This document shows, one piece after another, positions 41,099 to 50,901 of a DNA stretch of 64,000 bases. The first letter of the stretch is position 1, and the number at the start of each line of letters is the position of its first letter. The stretch is from positions 4,480,001-4,544,000 of the forward strand of contig OY970368.1 in NCBI GenBank assembly GCA_963718615.1, given 5' to 3'. The stretch comes from an uncultured cyanobacterium. Lineage in GTDB: Bacteria; Cyanobacteriota; Cyanobacteriia; PCC-9006; JAAUQQ01. Position numbers and translations under genes: made by a program. The notes under the pieces were generated by a model. The model saw only the letters and a program-made list of their open reading frames with translations, had not been told where the DNA came from and did not search any database.

Positions 41099-43782
41099 CC
41101 CTCGGCCCTATCTGCGCACCCTGCTCAAACCCAATCGTCTGGCGATCGTCGAAGCTTGCATTATTGGGGTGGTATCTGGGTTAGCGGCGATCGCCCTGCG
41201 TCGCGGAGCCGCTTTGATCGGGGGATGGCGACTGTCTCCGCCGGGTGAGCTGCCGCTTTGGCTCTGGATCCCTGGATTTGCGGCCAGTCTCTGTTTGCTC
41301 GTGGGCTGGCTGATTGAGCGAGTCGCTCCAGAAGCGGCAGGCAGCGGCATTCCCCAGGTCAAGGCGGCGTTAGCCCTAGTGCCCACAGCGATGAATTTGC
41401 GGGTGGCTCTGGTCAAGCTGGTGGGAACAGTGCTAGCCCTCGGCAGTGGCGTGCCCCTAGGACGACAAGGCCCTTCGGTCCAAGTGGGTGCCGCGCTGGC
41501 AGGACAGCTTAGCCGTTGGGTACCGACCTCCCCTGAATATCGACGGCAATTGATTGCAGCGGGGGCAGCGGCAGGCTTGGCTTCGGGGTTTAATGCGCCC
41601 ATTGCCGGGGTTTTGTTTGTCATCGAAGAATTACTCCAAGACCTGTCAGGGTTGACCCTCGGAACCGCAATTATTGCTTCGTTTATTGGGGCGGTGGTGG
41701 CCCGGTTGCTTGATGGCAAGGGGTTGGATGCCTCGGTGAGCATTATGGCCGACGCGGCGGGGATTACCTTGCAGGAGATTCCGTTGCTGCTCTTTCTAGG
41801 GCTGTTGGCCGGGGCATTGGGCGGCCTTTTTACGCGGGGAATTCTGGCGAGCTGTCGTTTTTTTAAGACCCAAGTGAGATTAACTCTGCCCGTGCGGATG
41901 TTGATCGTGGGGTTGATCATTGGTCTAGTGGTGGCGCTGCTGCCGCCGGAGTTTCGCGATAGTGCAGGCTTGCAAGAAAGTTTGCTGCGGGGCGATCGCC
42001 AGTGGCAAACCAGTGCCGTCGCCTTTTCGTTTAAGTTTGTGCTGACGCTCTTGGCCTACGGAGCAGGGATACCCGGCGGGCTGTTTGCTCCGGCGCTGTT
42101 GCTGGGGTCTGCCCTGGGGGATCTGCTGTCGTTCGCGGTCCATGCATTGCCTCAGCTCTCTTGGTGGCCGGACTCCTTGGTCATCACGATTAGTTCTGCC
42201 AGCACCTATTCCCTCGCTGGGATGGGCGCTTTTTTTAGTGCGGTGACTAAGGGGCCGATTACGGCCATCGTCATCGTCTTTGAAATGACCAATGATTTTA
42301 ATTTGGTCCTACCGCTGATGATTACCTCGATCATGGCCTACGGAGTCTCCAGCAAAATCTGTCGGGGGTCGGTCTACAATCACCTGTTGGCCATGGATGG
42401 CATTGAGCTCTTATCCAACTCGCCCCACAAGCATCTTTGGGAAACCCTCACAGCCGCCCAGGTGATGCAGCGCCAAGTCGAAACACTGGAAGCTCAGACC
42501 CCCCTGGAAGGGGTGCGACAGACCTTCAATCGATCGCACCATCGGGGGTTTCCCGTGGTTGAGCGAGGCAAGCTGGTGGGGATTATTTCTCGCTCTGATG
42601 TGGTTGCGGCCAGTACCCGTTATGACGACACCACACCGATCCGCCAACTGATGACGCCCCAGCCCGTGACGGTTGAGCCCCAGGCTTCGCTGGCCACGGT
42701 TTTACATTTATTGACGCGCCACCAGGTCAGCCGCCTGCCGGTTCTGGAGGGGCATCGCTTGGTGGGAATTATTACGCGGGCCGATATTATTCGAGCGGAG
42801 TCCGAGCAAATCGATGGTCCTGATGCGCTCCTGCCCCAACCTACAGACCCGTCCTATGTGGTCTATCAAACCAGAAGGACCCAATGTAGGTCAGGGACGA
42901 TTGCTGGTGCCCTTGTCCAATCCTCAGACGGCTCCGACGTTGCTACAAATGGCCGGGGCGATCGCCCGCCACCACCACTACGAACTGGAATGCCTCCACA
43001 TCATTACCATCCCCCGTCACCGCCGCCCCGCCGAAACCCCAGTCAGCATCGAACCTAGCCTGCGGCTGTTGCAAAAAGCCATGCGCTTGGCCCAGGATTG
43101 GGAAATAAGCGTTCATACTCAAATCCGCGTCACCCACAGCGTCTCTCAGGCCATTCTTGAAACCATCCAGGAACGCCATATTGACCTGACACTGCTGGGA
43201 TGGCGGGGGCAGTCCCAGGGCAGCGGTCTGATTTTTAATGACACCCTGGATACCCTGATTCGGCAAGCGCCCTGTGGCATTGTGCTGGTCAAGCTCGGAC
43301 AGCACTTTAACCAGGGCGAAGTCCGCTACCCGTCGCTACTGGCTCGCCTGCATCTCAATCGCTGGCTGGTGCCCACCTCCGGGGGGCCGAATGCGGCCTT
43401 GGCCCTAGAACTCTTGCCCGCCTTGGTCAACCTCAGCGGAACCCCCGAAATCCAACTCTTCCAGGCCCAAAAACCCACCCAGGAGGCTCCACTGCCCTAT
43501 CAGGTCTCTGTGGAGGAAGCCCAGAATCGACTCAATGCCATGGCGAACCGCTTGGGCGAGCAGCTCAATTGTCCGATCGAAACCACAGCGGTCTGTGCCT
43601 ATTCCATTCCAGAGGCGGTTTTGGACATGGCCGACCATAAGCACTGTGATGTGATTGTTTTAGGTGCAAGTCGAGAGGGGATGTTGCAGCAGGTGATTCA
43701 GGGGAACGTGCCGGAGGCGATCGCCCGTCAAAGCCGCGCCACGGTGATTCTCGTACGGGGTCCCCTAGGGCGTCTCGGTTAA
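41088..43782 (+). CDS. ClC chloride channel with CBS pair and tandem USP domains; apparent +1 frameshift near 42875
   Basis: GSGIP, GRQGP, GGLFAP; CBS HRGFPVV and VSRLPV. USP domains ([20 protein letters not shown]) are in the +1 frame ORF 42814..43782. Confidence 0.88.
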
Positions 43783-44664
43783 GCTTTCGCCACCCCCCAG
43801 AGTGAGGCGCAGGAGCGACGGAATCAAAATCAATAAGAACAACACCAGCCCAATGGTACAGCCATAGCTGATTTCCAACTCCCCAAAGGCTTGCTCATAG
43901 ACGTAGTAAACAATCGTCTTAGAACTGTTGATCGGCCCCCCCTGAGTCATGATGTAGACCTCTTCAAAGACCTTCGTGGCAGAAATCGACGAAATCACCG
44001 CCACCAGCACCAGGTAGGGTCGCATCAGCGGCAGCGTAATATCCCAGTGCTTTGCCAGCCCCTCAGAACCATCGATCGCCGCCGCCTCATAGAGCTCCGG
44101 CGAAATCCCCTGGAGTCCCGCCAAATAGACCACCATGTAATAGCCCAGCCCTTTCCAGACCGTCACCGCCATCACACTCAACAGCGCCAAATTTGGACTC
44201 GTTAGCCACGGAATGGGCAACAGAGCCGTCCTAAGTTTCTCATTGCCTAACACCCCCGCCAGCATCTGATTAAGCAGACCATTCTCCGCATAAAGCCAGT
44301 TCCAGGCGATCCCGGCTACCACCATCGAAATCACTACCGGGGTATAGTAGGCCAGCCGAAACCAATGGATCCCTCGCAGCTTTTGATTGACCAAAATAGC
44401 CAACCCCAAGGGCAAAATCATCAGCAACGGTACCACCCCTACCAAATACACCACCGTATTGCGCAGCGTCTTCCAAAAAGTTGCATCCCGCCAAAGCCGC
44501 TGAAAATTCTCCAGCCCGATCCACTGCGGCGGCTGGATCAAGTCGTAATGGGTAAAGCTAAAATAGAAAGCTTGGAGCGCAGGCCAAAAGACAGTGAGGC
44601 CCAGAACCAGCAGGGCAGGAAGTAGGAAAAAGTAAGGCGTTATGTTGGAGCGAAGACGGGTCAT
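43765..44664 (-). CDS. Carbohydrate ABC transporter permease (LacF-like)
   Basis: EAA loop LYEAAAIDG, WKGLGYYM, MTQGGP. Confidence 0.92.
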   Translation of the reverse strand: MTRLRSNITPYFFLLPALLVLGLTVFWPALQAFYFSFTHYDLIQPPQWIGLENFQRLWRDATFWKTLRNTVVYLVGVVPLLMILPLGLAILVNQKLRGIHWFRLAYYTPVVISMVVAGIAWNWLYAENGLLNQMLAGVLGNEKLRTALLPIPWLTSPNLALLSVMAVTVWKGLGYYMVVYLAGLQGISPELYEAAAIDGSEGLAKHWDITLPLMRPYLVLVAVISSISATKVFEEVYIMTQGGPINSSKTIVYYVYEQAFGELEISYGCTIGLVLFLLILIPSLLRLTLGGGESLTETP

Positions 44665-44667
44665 GGG

Positions 44668-45207
44668 TTAATCCGGATACCAAAACATTCCCTTAATGCC
44701 TTCAGGGTCGACCATAAAACCGAGACTGCGATAGAACTCCACCACATGGGGATCCGCAAACAGCGTAATGTTGCTGATATCTTCGCTCCGCAGTTTCTTT
44801 ATCATATGTTGCATCAGAGCTTTGCCGAGTCCCTTGCCTTGAAAACCGGGATTGACCACCACATCCCAAATAGTGGCATTAAAGGCATGGTCTGAGGTAG
44901 CCCGCGAAAACCCAATCAACCGGCGGCGGTTGCCCCGCTGTTCCCACAAAGAGACGACGAGAAAACTATGTTGAATGGCCTTTTTGACCTTGCGTAGCGG
45001 TCGCCGAGACCAGCCCACAGCGTCGCAAAGTTCTTCCAGTTCATACAGGTCAATATTGCGATCTGTACTGAAGTAAAGCCGAGAGCCATTCTCGCCTTGA
45101 TACGGTAAGAACTCAATCCATCGGCTGTCGAAAACCTCGACATTGCCTGCGCCCGACCGTGAAGCCGCAAAATCACTCCCCGTGAACAAGCTTTTCCAAA
45201 AACCCAT
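44668..45207 (-). CDS. ycf52: GNAT N-acetyltransferase (Ycf52/NSI-like)
   Basis: [44 protein letters not shown]. Confidence 0.88.
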   Translation of the reverse strand: MGFWKSLFTGSDFAASRSGAGNVEVFDSRWIEFLPYQGENGSRLYFSTDRNIDLYELEELCDAVGWSRRPLRKVKKAIQHSFLVVSLWEQRGNRRRLIGFSRATSDHAFNATIWDVVVNPGFQGKGLGKALMQHMIKKLRSEDISNITLFADPHVVEFYRSLGFMVDPEGIKGMFWYPD

Positions 45208-45311
45208 GCGGCCCAAATCAAATCCAGAGTAATGTTGTTGTTTACGCTCAGTACCAGTACTAGATTGTATATCCCCCTAGAGTCTACGTCTCTTTTCGAC
45301 CTGTGCTAACT

Positions 45312-46034
45312 ATGTCCTCGAGCCTTCAACCTTCAACTCAGGAAAAACTCAAACGTTTTAGTCAATTATTCCCTGAGTTTTACGTACAGTTTGTCAGTAG
45401 CGAGATTCAAATTGAGAATTTAAAGCTGGCCTATCAGCTTTATCAAACGCGACAGGCCGTCATTTCTGCGGATCAAGAGGGGGAACAGACGGCAATTCAT
45501 TTTGCCGCACGGAATCAGCCAGGACTGCTGCGAGATGTGTTTGGCGTGTTGGCGGCCTACAATCTCACGGTTCATAATCTCAGTGTCCATGGCCAGGTGA
45601 AGCCACCAACGCTGATTTTTATGCGGTTGACCGTGACGCGGGGCGGTAAGGCGTTGGTGGGGAAAACCAAGGAGAATATTTGCCGTGCCCTACGAGAGGC
45701 GCTGGCGGGTCGGTTTGAGGTGGAGGAGATGCTCTCGGTGGAGCTGTTTGAGAATGATTGCCTGAGCCGGGTGCGAACGGAATTTTATATCGACCAGGTG
45801 TTCCATTTGCCGGCGCTGTTGGTGGAGGCGGAGACCCAGGATGGGGTGTTTTATAAGATGGCGAACGCGATCGCCCCAGAAAAACTCCTCGTGGTTAACG
45901 CCAATTTGATCCTCTGGCAGGGCCATACTCGTCTTATTCTTTACGTGCTCAATCATCAAGCAAATTCGATTCCAGACTATCTCGGCCATAAGATGGCAGA
46001 ACGTGTTCGAGAGCGTCTAAGTCTCTCAAGCTAG
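45312..46034 (+). CDS. Hypothetical protein with ACT-like domain(s)
   Basis: ARNQPGLLRDVFGVLAAYNLTVH resembles the ACT consensus; a second degenerate copy AETQDGVFYKMA. Confidence 0.65.
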   Translation: MSSSLQPSTQEKLKRFSQLFPEFYVQFVSSEIQIENLKLAYQLYQTRQAVISADQEGEQTAIHFAARNQPGLLRDVFGVLAAYNLTVHNLSVHGQVKPPTLIFMRLTVTRGGKALVGKTKENICRALREALAGRFEVEEMLSVELFENDCLSRVRTEFYIDQVFHLPALLVEAETQDGVFYKMANAIAPEKLLVVNANLILWQGHTRLILYVLNHQANSIPDYLGHKMAERVRERLSLSS

Positions 46035-46186
46035 TGCTGGCTGAGCTTTGCTGGCTTTAATTTAGTCTCGCTCACGGGCTTCTAGCCCGCTCAACACTCC
46101 GAAATTTTGCGGGGGTAACGAACCCTACCGTATTGTTGATCACCCTGCGGTTTTCGAGGACTGACCCTTCAAGCTAGGATGGAGGT

Positions 46187-47050
46187 ATGTCAAGCATCAC
46201 CATTCGTGGAACTCAACATACATACGATTTGACGGCCCCTGTGGATCATTCGCCGGAGGTTTTGGTGTTTGTCCACGGTTGGTTATTGAGTCGCAGCTAC
46301 TGGCAGCCGATGATCCAAAAACTTCGGCATTGTTTCCAGTGCTTGTCCTATGATTTGCGAGGGTTTGGGGACTCTGCCCAGGGGGAGCGATCGCCCCAGT
46401 CGGCGTTTAATCCGCTGGCCTATGGGGAAGATTTAGCGGCGCTACTGGAGGAACTTCAGATCGAGCGGGCTTGGTTGGTGGGGCATTCCCTGGGGGGGGC
46501 GATCGCCCTGTGGACCGCAGATCTCTGTCCGAAGCGGGTCGTCGGGGTGACCTGTATGAATGCGGGGGGCGGCATTTATATCGAAGAAGAGTTTCGCAAA
46601 TTCCGCAGCCTCGGCCATCAGTTGGTGAACTGGCGTCATCCCCTCTTGGGCCACATGCCACTCTTGGACTGGGCCTTTTGGAAAGCGGGTACCCATCAGC
46701 CCCTGTCCAAAAACTGGCGTAAGCAGCGACTGCGAGACTTTGTCGCGGCGGATTCCCAGGCGGCCTTAGGGGCGTTGCTGGAGAGCACGACGGAGGCGGA
46801 GGTGCTGCGGCTGCCCCCCTTGGTGGCTCAGCTTCGCCAGCCGGTGTATTTCATGGCGGGAGCCCAGGACCCGATCATGCAGCCCTGTTTTGTTCGTCAT
46901 TTGGCCAGTTTTCATTCGCTTTTTCAAGAGGCAGGGGAAAATTGGGTAGAAGTGCCTAACTGCGGTCACATGGCCATGCTGGAACAAACTGAATGGGTGG
47001 CGTCGAGACTCCAAGAAATCGTGGCAAACTCAGCGCTGCTGTCAGTTTAG
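46187..47050 (+). CDS. Alpha/beta fold hydrolase
   Basis: FVHGW, YDLRGFGDS, GHSLGG, CGHMAMLE. Confidence 0.92.
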   Translation: MSSITIRGTQHTYDLTAPVDHSPEVLVFVHGWLLSRSYWQPMIQKLRHCFQCLSYDLRGFGDSAQGERSPQSAFNPLAYGEDLAALLEELQIERAWLVGHSLGGAIALWTADLCPKRVVGVTCMNAGGGIYIEEEFRKFRSLGHQLVNWRHPLLGHMPLLDWAFWKAGTHQPLSKNWRKQRLRDFVAADSQAALGALLESTTEAEVLRLPPLVAQLRQPVYFMAGAQDPIMQPCFVRHLASFHSLFQEAGENWVEVPNCGHMAMLEQTEWVASRLQEIVANSALLSV

Positions 47051-47095
47051 GTAAAAGCTAGACGGGGGCTAGACGGTCATTAACGCTAACGCTAA

Positions 47096-48187
47096 TTAGA
47101 CGTTAAATCGGAAGAGCATTACGTCGCCTTCCTTAACGACATATTCCTTGCCCTCACTGCGGACCATGCCCTTTTCCTTCGCAGCGTTCATACTGCCAGC
47201 AGTGACCAAATCATCGTAGGCAACGGTTTCGGCCCGAATAAAGCCCCGCTCAAAATCGCTGTGGATGACCCCCGCAGATTGGGGTGCGGTCATTCCCGCT
47301 GTAATGGTCCAGGCGCGAGTTTCCTTCGGTCCCGTCGTGAAATAGGTGCGGAGGCCCAGCAAATCGTAGGTGGCTCGGATGAGCGATCGCAATCCCCCCT
47401 CCTGTACCCCCAAGGACTCCAAGAAATCCGCCCGTTCGTCTTCCGGCAGTTCGATGAGCTCCGATTCCACCTGGGCCGACACCACTACCACCTGGGCATT
47501 TTCCTCCGCCGCAATGCCGCGCACCTGCTCCACCCAAGCATTCCCCGTGGCCAGCTCCTCTTCGGAAACATTCGCCACATAGATTAAGGGCTTCAGCGTC
47601 AGCAATTCCAACGGCTTGAGGAATACCATATCCTCATCGCTGAGCTGCATCTGGCGCACGGACTGGTTTTCGTTGAGCCCTGCTGCTACCTTTTCTAGAA
47701 CCTCCATCTCCGCCTGGGCCTCCTTGTTGGAGCGAGCCAGCTTGCGGGTGCGGTCCATACGGCGTTCCACCTGGGACAAATCCGCCAAAATCAGTTCTAG
47801 GTTGATGATTTCAATGTCTCGAACCGGGCCAATTTCGCCGGAGACATGGATAATGTCATCGTTTTCAAAACAGCGGACGACCTGGGCGATCGCATCCACC
47901 TGCCGAATATGGGATAAAAACTGATTGCCCAAGCCCTCGCCCTTGCTTGCCCCTTTGACCAACCCTGCAATATCCACAAATTCAATTCGGGTGGGCACCG
48001 TATCCGCTGAATTGGAAATCTTGGCCAAAATCGCCAGACGCGGATCGGGAACAGCCACCACCCCCACATTCGGTTCAATCGTACAAAACGGAAAATTTGC
48101 CGCCTGGGCTTGGGCATTGGCCACCAAGGCGTTAAAGAGGGTAGACTTCCCCACATTGGGGAGGCCAACGATTCCAGCTCTCAGCAT
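47096..48187 (-). CDS. ychF: Redox-regulated ATPase YchF
   Basis: GIVGLPNVGKSTLFN, NFPFCTIEPN, DIAGLVKGAS; start MLRAG at 48187 gives 363 aa. Confidence 0.97.
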   Translation of the reverse strand: MLRAGIVGLPNVGKSTLFNALVANAQAQAANFPFCTIEPNVGVVAVPDPRLAILAKISNSADTVPTRIEFVDIAGLVKGASKGEGLGNQFLSHIRQVDAIAQVVRCFENDDIIHVSGEIGPVRDIEIINLELILADLSQVERRMDRTRKLARSNKEAQAEMEVLEKVAAGLNENQSVRQMQLSDEDMVFLKPLELLTLKPLIYVANVSEEELATGNAWVEQVRGIAAEENAQVVVVSAQVESELIELPEDERADFLESLGVQEGGLRSLIRATYDLLGLRTYFTTGPKETRAWTITAGMTAPQSAGVIHSDFERGFIRAETVAYDDLVTAGSMNAAKEKGMVRSEGKEYVVKEGDVMLFRFNV

Positions 48188-48428
48188 AGGGGTGGGTGGG
48201 CGTTCGGGCCGGGTTAGCGTGAAATGAACATTGAGTACTGTAGCAGGTTGGGGTGCGGAATGCGGGAGCCTAGCCGGAAGGGATATCCGCAGAACAACGG
48301 TACGGAACTCAACTTGTCGGAGCTTGAGCACCAACGTTACTATCAGAGACAGAGCATCGGGAGAGCAAAGATCCAAGGCTCAAGATGGGATCAAAATGAA
48401 CGTTGGATCTGACCTAGTCAATCTAAAA

Positions 48429-49838
48429 ATGGGTAGTGAAAAATCAATTTCGCCCTGGCTCGTGGGGGGGGTCTGCCTACTCCTGGGACTGGGCGGCGGT
48501 GGCGCGCTGACTGTGGCCCTGCGTCAGCAGGGAGCCGTGAGTCAAGAATTAATGCAAAGCCTGACGCAACCCGTCGAGGTCACGAAGCTAACGCGCAAAA
48601 TTAATGCCAATGGCAGCGTTGTGCCGGTGCGCAGCGTCAACTTGAGCCCCAAGAATGCGGGGCGGCTAGAGGAAGTCTTTGTGAAACAGGGCGATCGCCT
48701 CAAAACCGGTGATCTGATTGCCCTGATGGAAAGCCGCGAAATCGATGCCCAAATCGTCCAAGCCAAAGCGCGCTTGGCCCAGGCCCAGGCGAGGCTAACG
48801 GAGGTCCAAGCCGGAGAAACGGACAACACCGTGGCCCAGCGGGATGAAACGGTCCGGCAGGCTCGGGATCAAATCACCATTGAAACCTTCGCCGTTCAAG
48901 AGTACGAAGCCCAATTGGCAGAGGCTCAGGCCCAGCTTAAGCTAGCCCAGCAGCAATACAATCGCAATCGTCAGTTGGCCGCAGAGGGGGCGATTTCTCG
49001 CGATCGCCTCGATGAGCTAGCCTCCGCCCTCCGCCGTGCCCAAGCCGGTGTTGACCGCGCCCAGGCGTCGCTGGAGCGGGGCAGAACGGGCCGGACCCTC
49101 GCCCAATCCAAACTGGACGAAGCCCAACTGCGTCGCACCGATGCCCAAGGCAGCAGCCGTCCGGAGCTCGTGGCCCAGGCCCAAGCCCAGGTGGCAGAAG
49201 CCCTGGGTCAAGTTCAGGCCGCTGAAGTGCAAAAACAGGACACGCGCATCACAGCCCCCTTCGACGGCATTATTACCCAGCGCTACGCCGACCCTGGGGC
49301 CTTTGTCACCCCCACGACCTCTGCCTCCAGCACCGCCAGCGCCACCTCTACATCCGTAGTGGCCTTGGCCCAGGGGCTAGAAATTTTGGCCAACATTCCA
49401 GAAGTGGACATTGATCAAATTCGAGAAGGACAAACGGTGGAAATCACGGTCGATGCCTTCCCGGAGCAAGTGTTTCGGGGTGAGGTCCGGCTGATTTCGC
49501 CGGAGGCGGTCAAAGAGCAAAACGTGACGTCGTTTCAGGTGCGGGTGGCGTTGCGCACGGGAGAAAATGAGCTGCGATCGGGCATGAATGCGGATCTAAC
49601 GTTTCTGGGGAGTACCATCGACCAGGCGCTAGTGGTACCCACCGTGGCGATCGTTACACGGGAAGGAAAAACGGGGCTGCTCTTACCCAATGCCAAGAAT
49701 GAACCGGAGTTCAAGGAAGTTACAACCGGTGTCACCCTGGGCAACCAAACACAAATTTTGAGTGGGGCGCAGGTGGGCGATCGCGTCTTTATCGACCTCC
49801 CCCCTGGACGACGGTTCCAAGAAGAACAGAAGCCCTAG
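48429..49838 (+). CDS. Efflux periplasmic adaptor (MacA/HlyD family MFP)
   Basis: N-terminal TM, lipoyl halves VKQGDRLKTGD and ITAPFDG, long coiled coil, LRSGMNA; start position uncertain. Confidence 0.9.
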   Translation: MGSEKSISPWLVGGVCLLLGLGGGGALTVALRQQGAVSQELMQSLTQPVEVTKLTRKINANGSVVPVRSVNLSPKNAGRLEEVFVKQGDRLKTGDLIALMESREIDAQIVQAKARLAQAQARLTEVQAGETDNTVAQRDETVRQARDQITIETFAVQEYEAQLAEAQAQLKLAQQQYNRNRQLAAEGAISRDRLDELASALRRAQAGVDRAQASLERGRTGRTLAQSKLDEAQLRRTDAQGSSRPELVAQAQAQVAEALGQVQAAEVQKQDTRITAPFDGIITQRYADPGAFVTPTTSASSTASATSTSVVALAQGLEILANIPEVDIDQIREGQTVEITVDAFPEQVFRGEVRLISPEAVKEQNVTSFQVRVALRTGENELRSGMNADLTFLGSTIDQALVVPTVAIVTREGKTGLLLPNAKNEPEFKEVTTGVTLGNQTQILSGAQVGDRVFIDLPPGRRFQEEQKP

Positions 49839-49930
49839 AAACCAAATCTAAAACCAAATCTAAAAACCAAAGACCCCTCTTCCAAAACGGAAGAGAGGCA
49901 CAGATGAGGGCTCGTGCGGCAAGAATGGGT

Positions 49931-50167
49931 CTAAAACTTGTTGAGATCCAGTCCCGCTTCCTTCGCCATGGCTCCAATGCCCCTTTTTTCGAGGGTTTTG
50001 ATCGCCTTGGTCGAGAGCCGCAGCTTCACCCAGCGATTGCCCTCGGGCCACCAGACCCGCTTGTCCTGCAAGTTGGCATGCTGCAATCGCTTGGTCCGCC
50101 GATGGGAGTGAGAGACGGCGTAGCCGTTATTGGCCTTCTTTCCGGTCAGTTGGCATTTCCGCGACAT
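49931..50167 (-). CDS. rpmB: 50S ribosomal protein L28
   Basis: [34 protein letters not shown]; 78 aa. Confidence 0.97.
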   Translation of the reverse strand: MSRKCQLTGKKANNGYAVSHSHRRTKRLQHANLQDKRVWWPEGNRWVKLRLSTKAIKTLEKRGIGAMAKEAGLDLNKF

Positions 50168-50901
50168 GGGTTTCTCCGGAGCCCTTGGGTAAACGACGAT
50201 TTTTTCCAAACCCTGATTTTACAGGATGATTGGCGAAAATGCCTAATGTTTTAAAGCGGCAGTGAAGCGCTCGGTACTACTCCGGGAAAAAACCGAGAGA
50301 GACAGAAGTAATCAAAACATACAGACTGCGCATTATCCCGAGCATTAATCTTCAGCTTTTTTGGAGGTAAATTTGAGGATCGCCTGCGCAGTCAATGAAA
50401 ATCAGACAAATTATCTAAATAAATATACGGATCTGTTCTTGGACTTTGCGAAAACCATAAAAGCAATCGACTCAGGCATTTCACGGGCGTATCAAAAATT
50501 ATTCAGCAAGAGCTAATTCTCTTAGCTCTACATCAGTCAATGTTTTTGGATATTTTTGATACTAACTTTTGAGACTCGGAGCTTAAGCGGATACACGGTT
50601 TTGCAATGTTCAGCACATTGAAGATTCACAAAGAAAACAAGTTTTCTATATCATCTCCGGATTTATCTTCTCCTAGTATGGTTCCTATATGCCGAGTTCC
50701 CCCTCGGCGCACCCTGCAAGGCAAGAATGTCATAACTCACGGTGCACCCAAGATATTTGAAAACGCTTAAGGACGTTCACTCAGGCGTGCTTGCATGAGC
50801 TAATTTCGCTCGTTTAGGTTTTGGCGAATTGCACAAGGAAGATCGTCCATACAGGCCCTTTGGGGTCTCAGTTTTTGCTGCAACTAAGGAAGAGAAGTGA
50901 C

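Noticed and set aside
41108-41920. 270-aa minus-strand ORF
   Set aside because: Antisense shadow of the GC-rich ClC coding region.
48188-48428. N-terminal extensions of ychF and the MFP that overlap each other
   Set aside because: Artefacts of choosing the longest ORF; family-typical starts are near 48187 and 48429.
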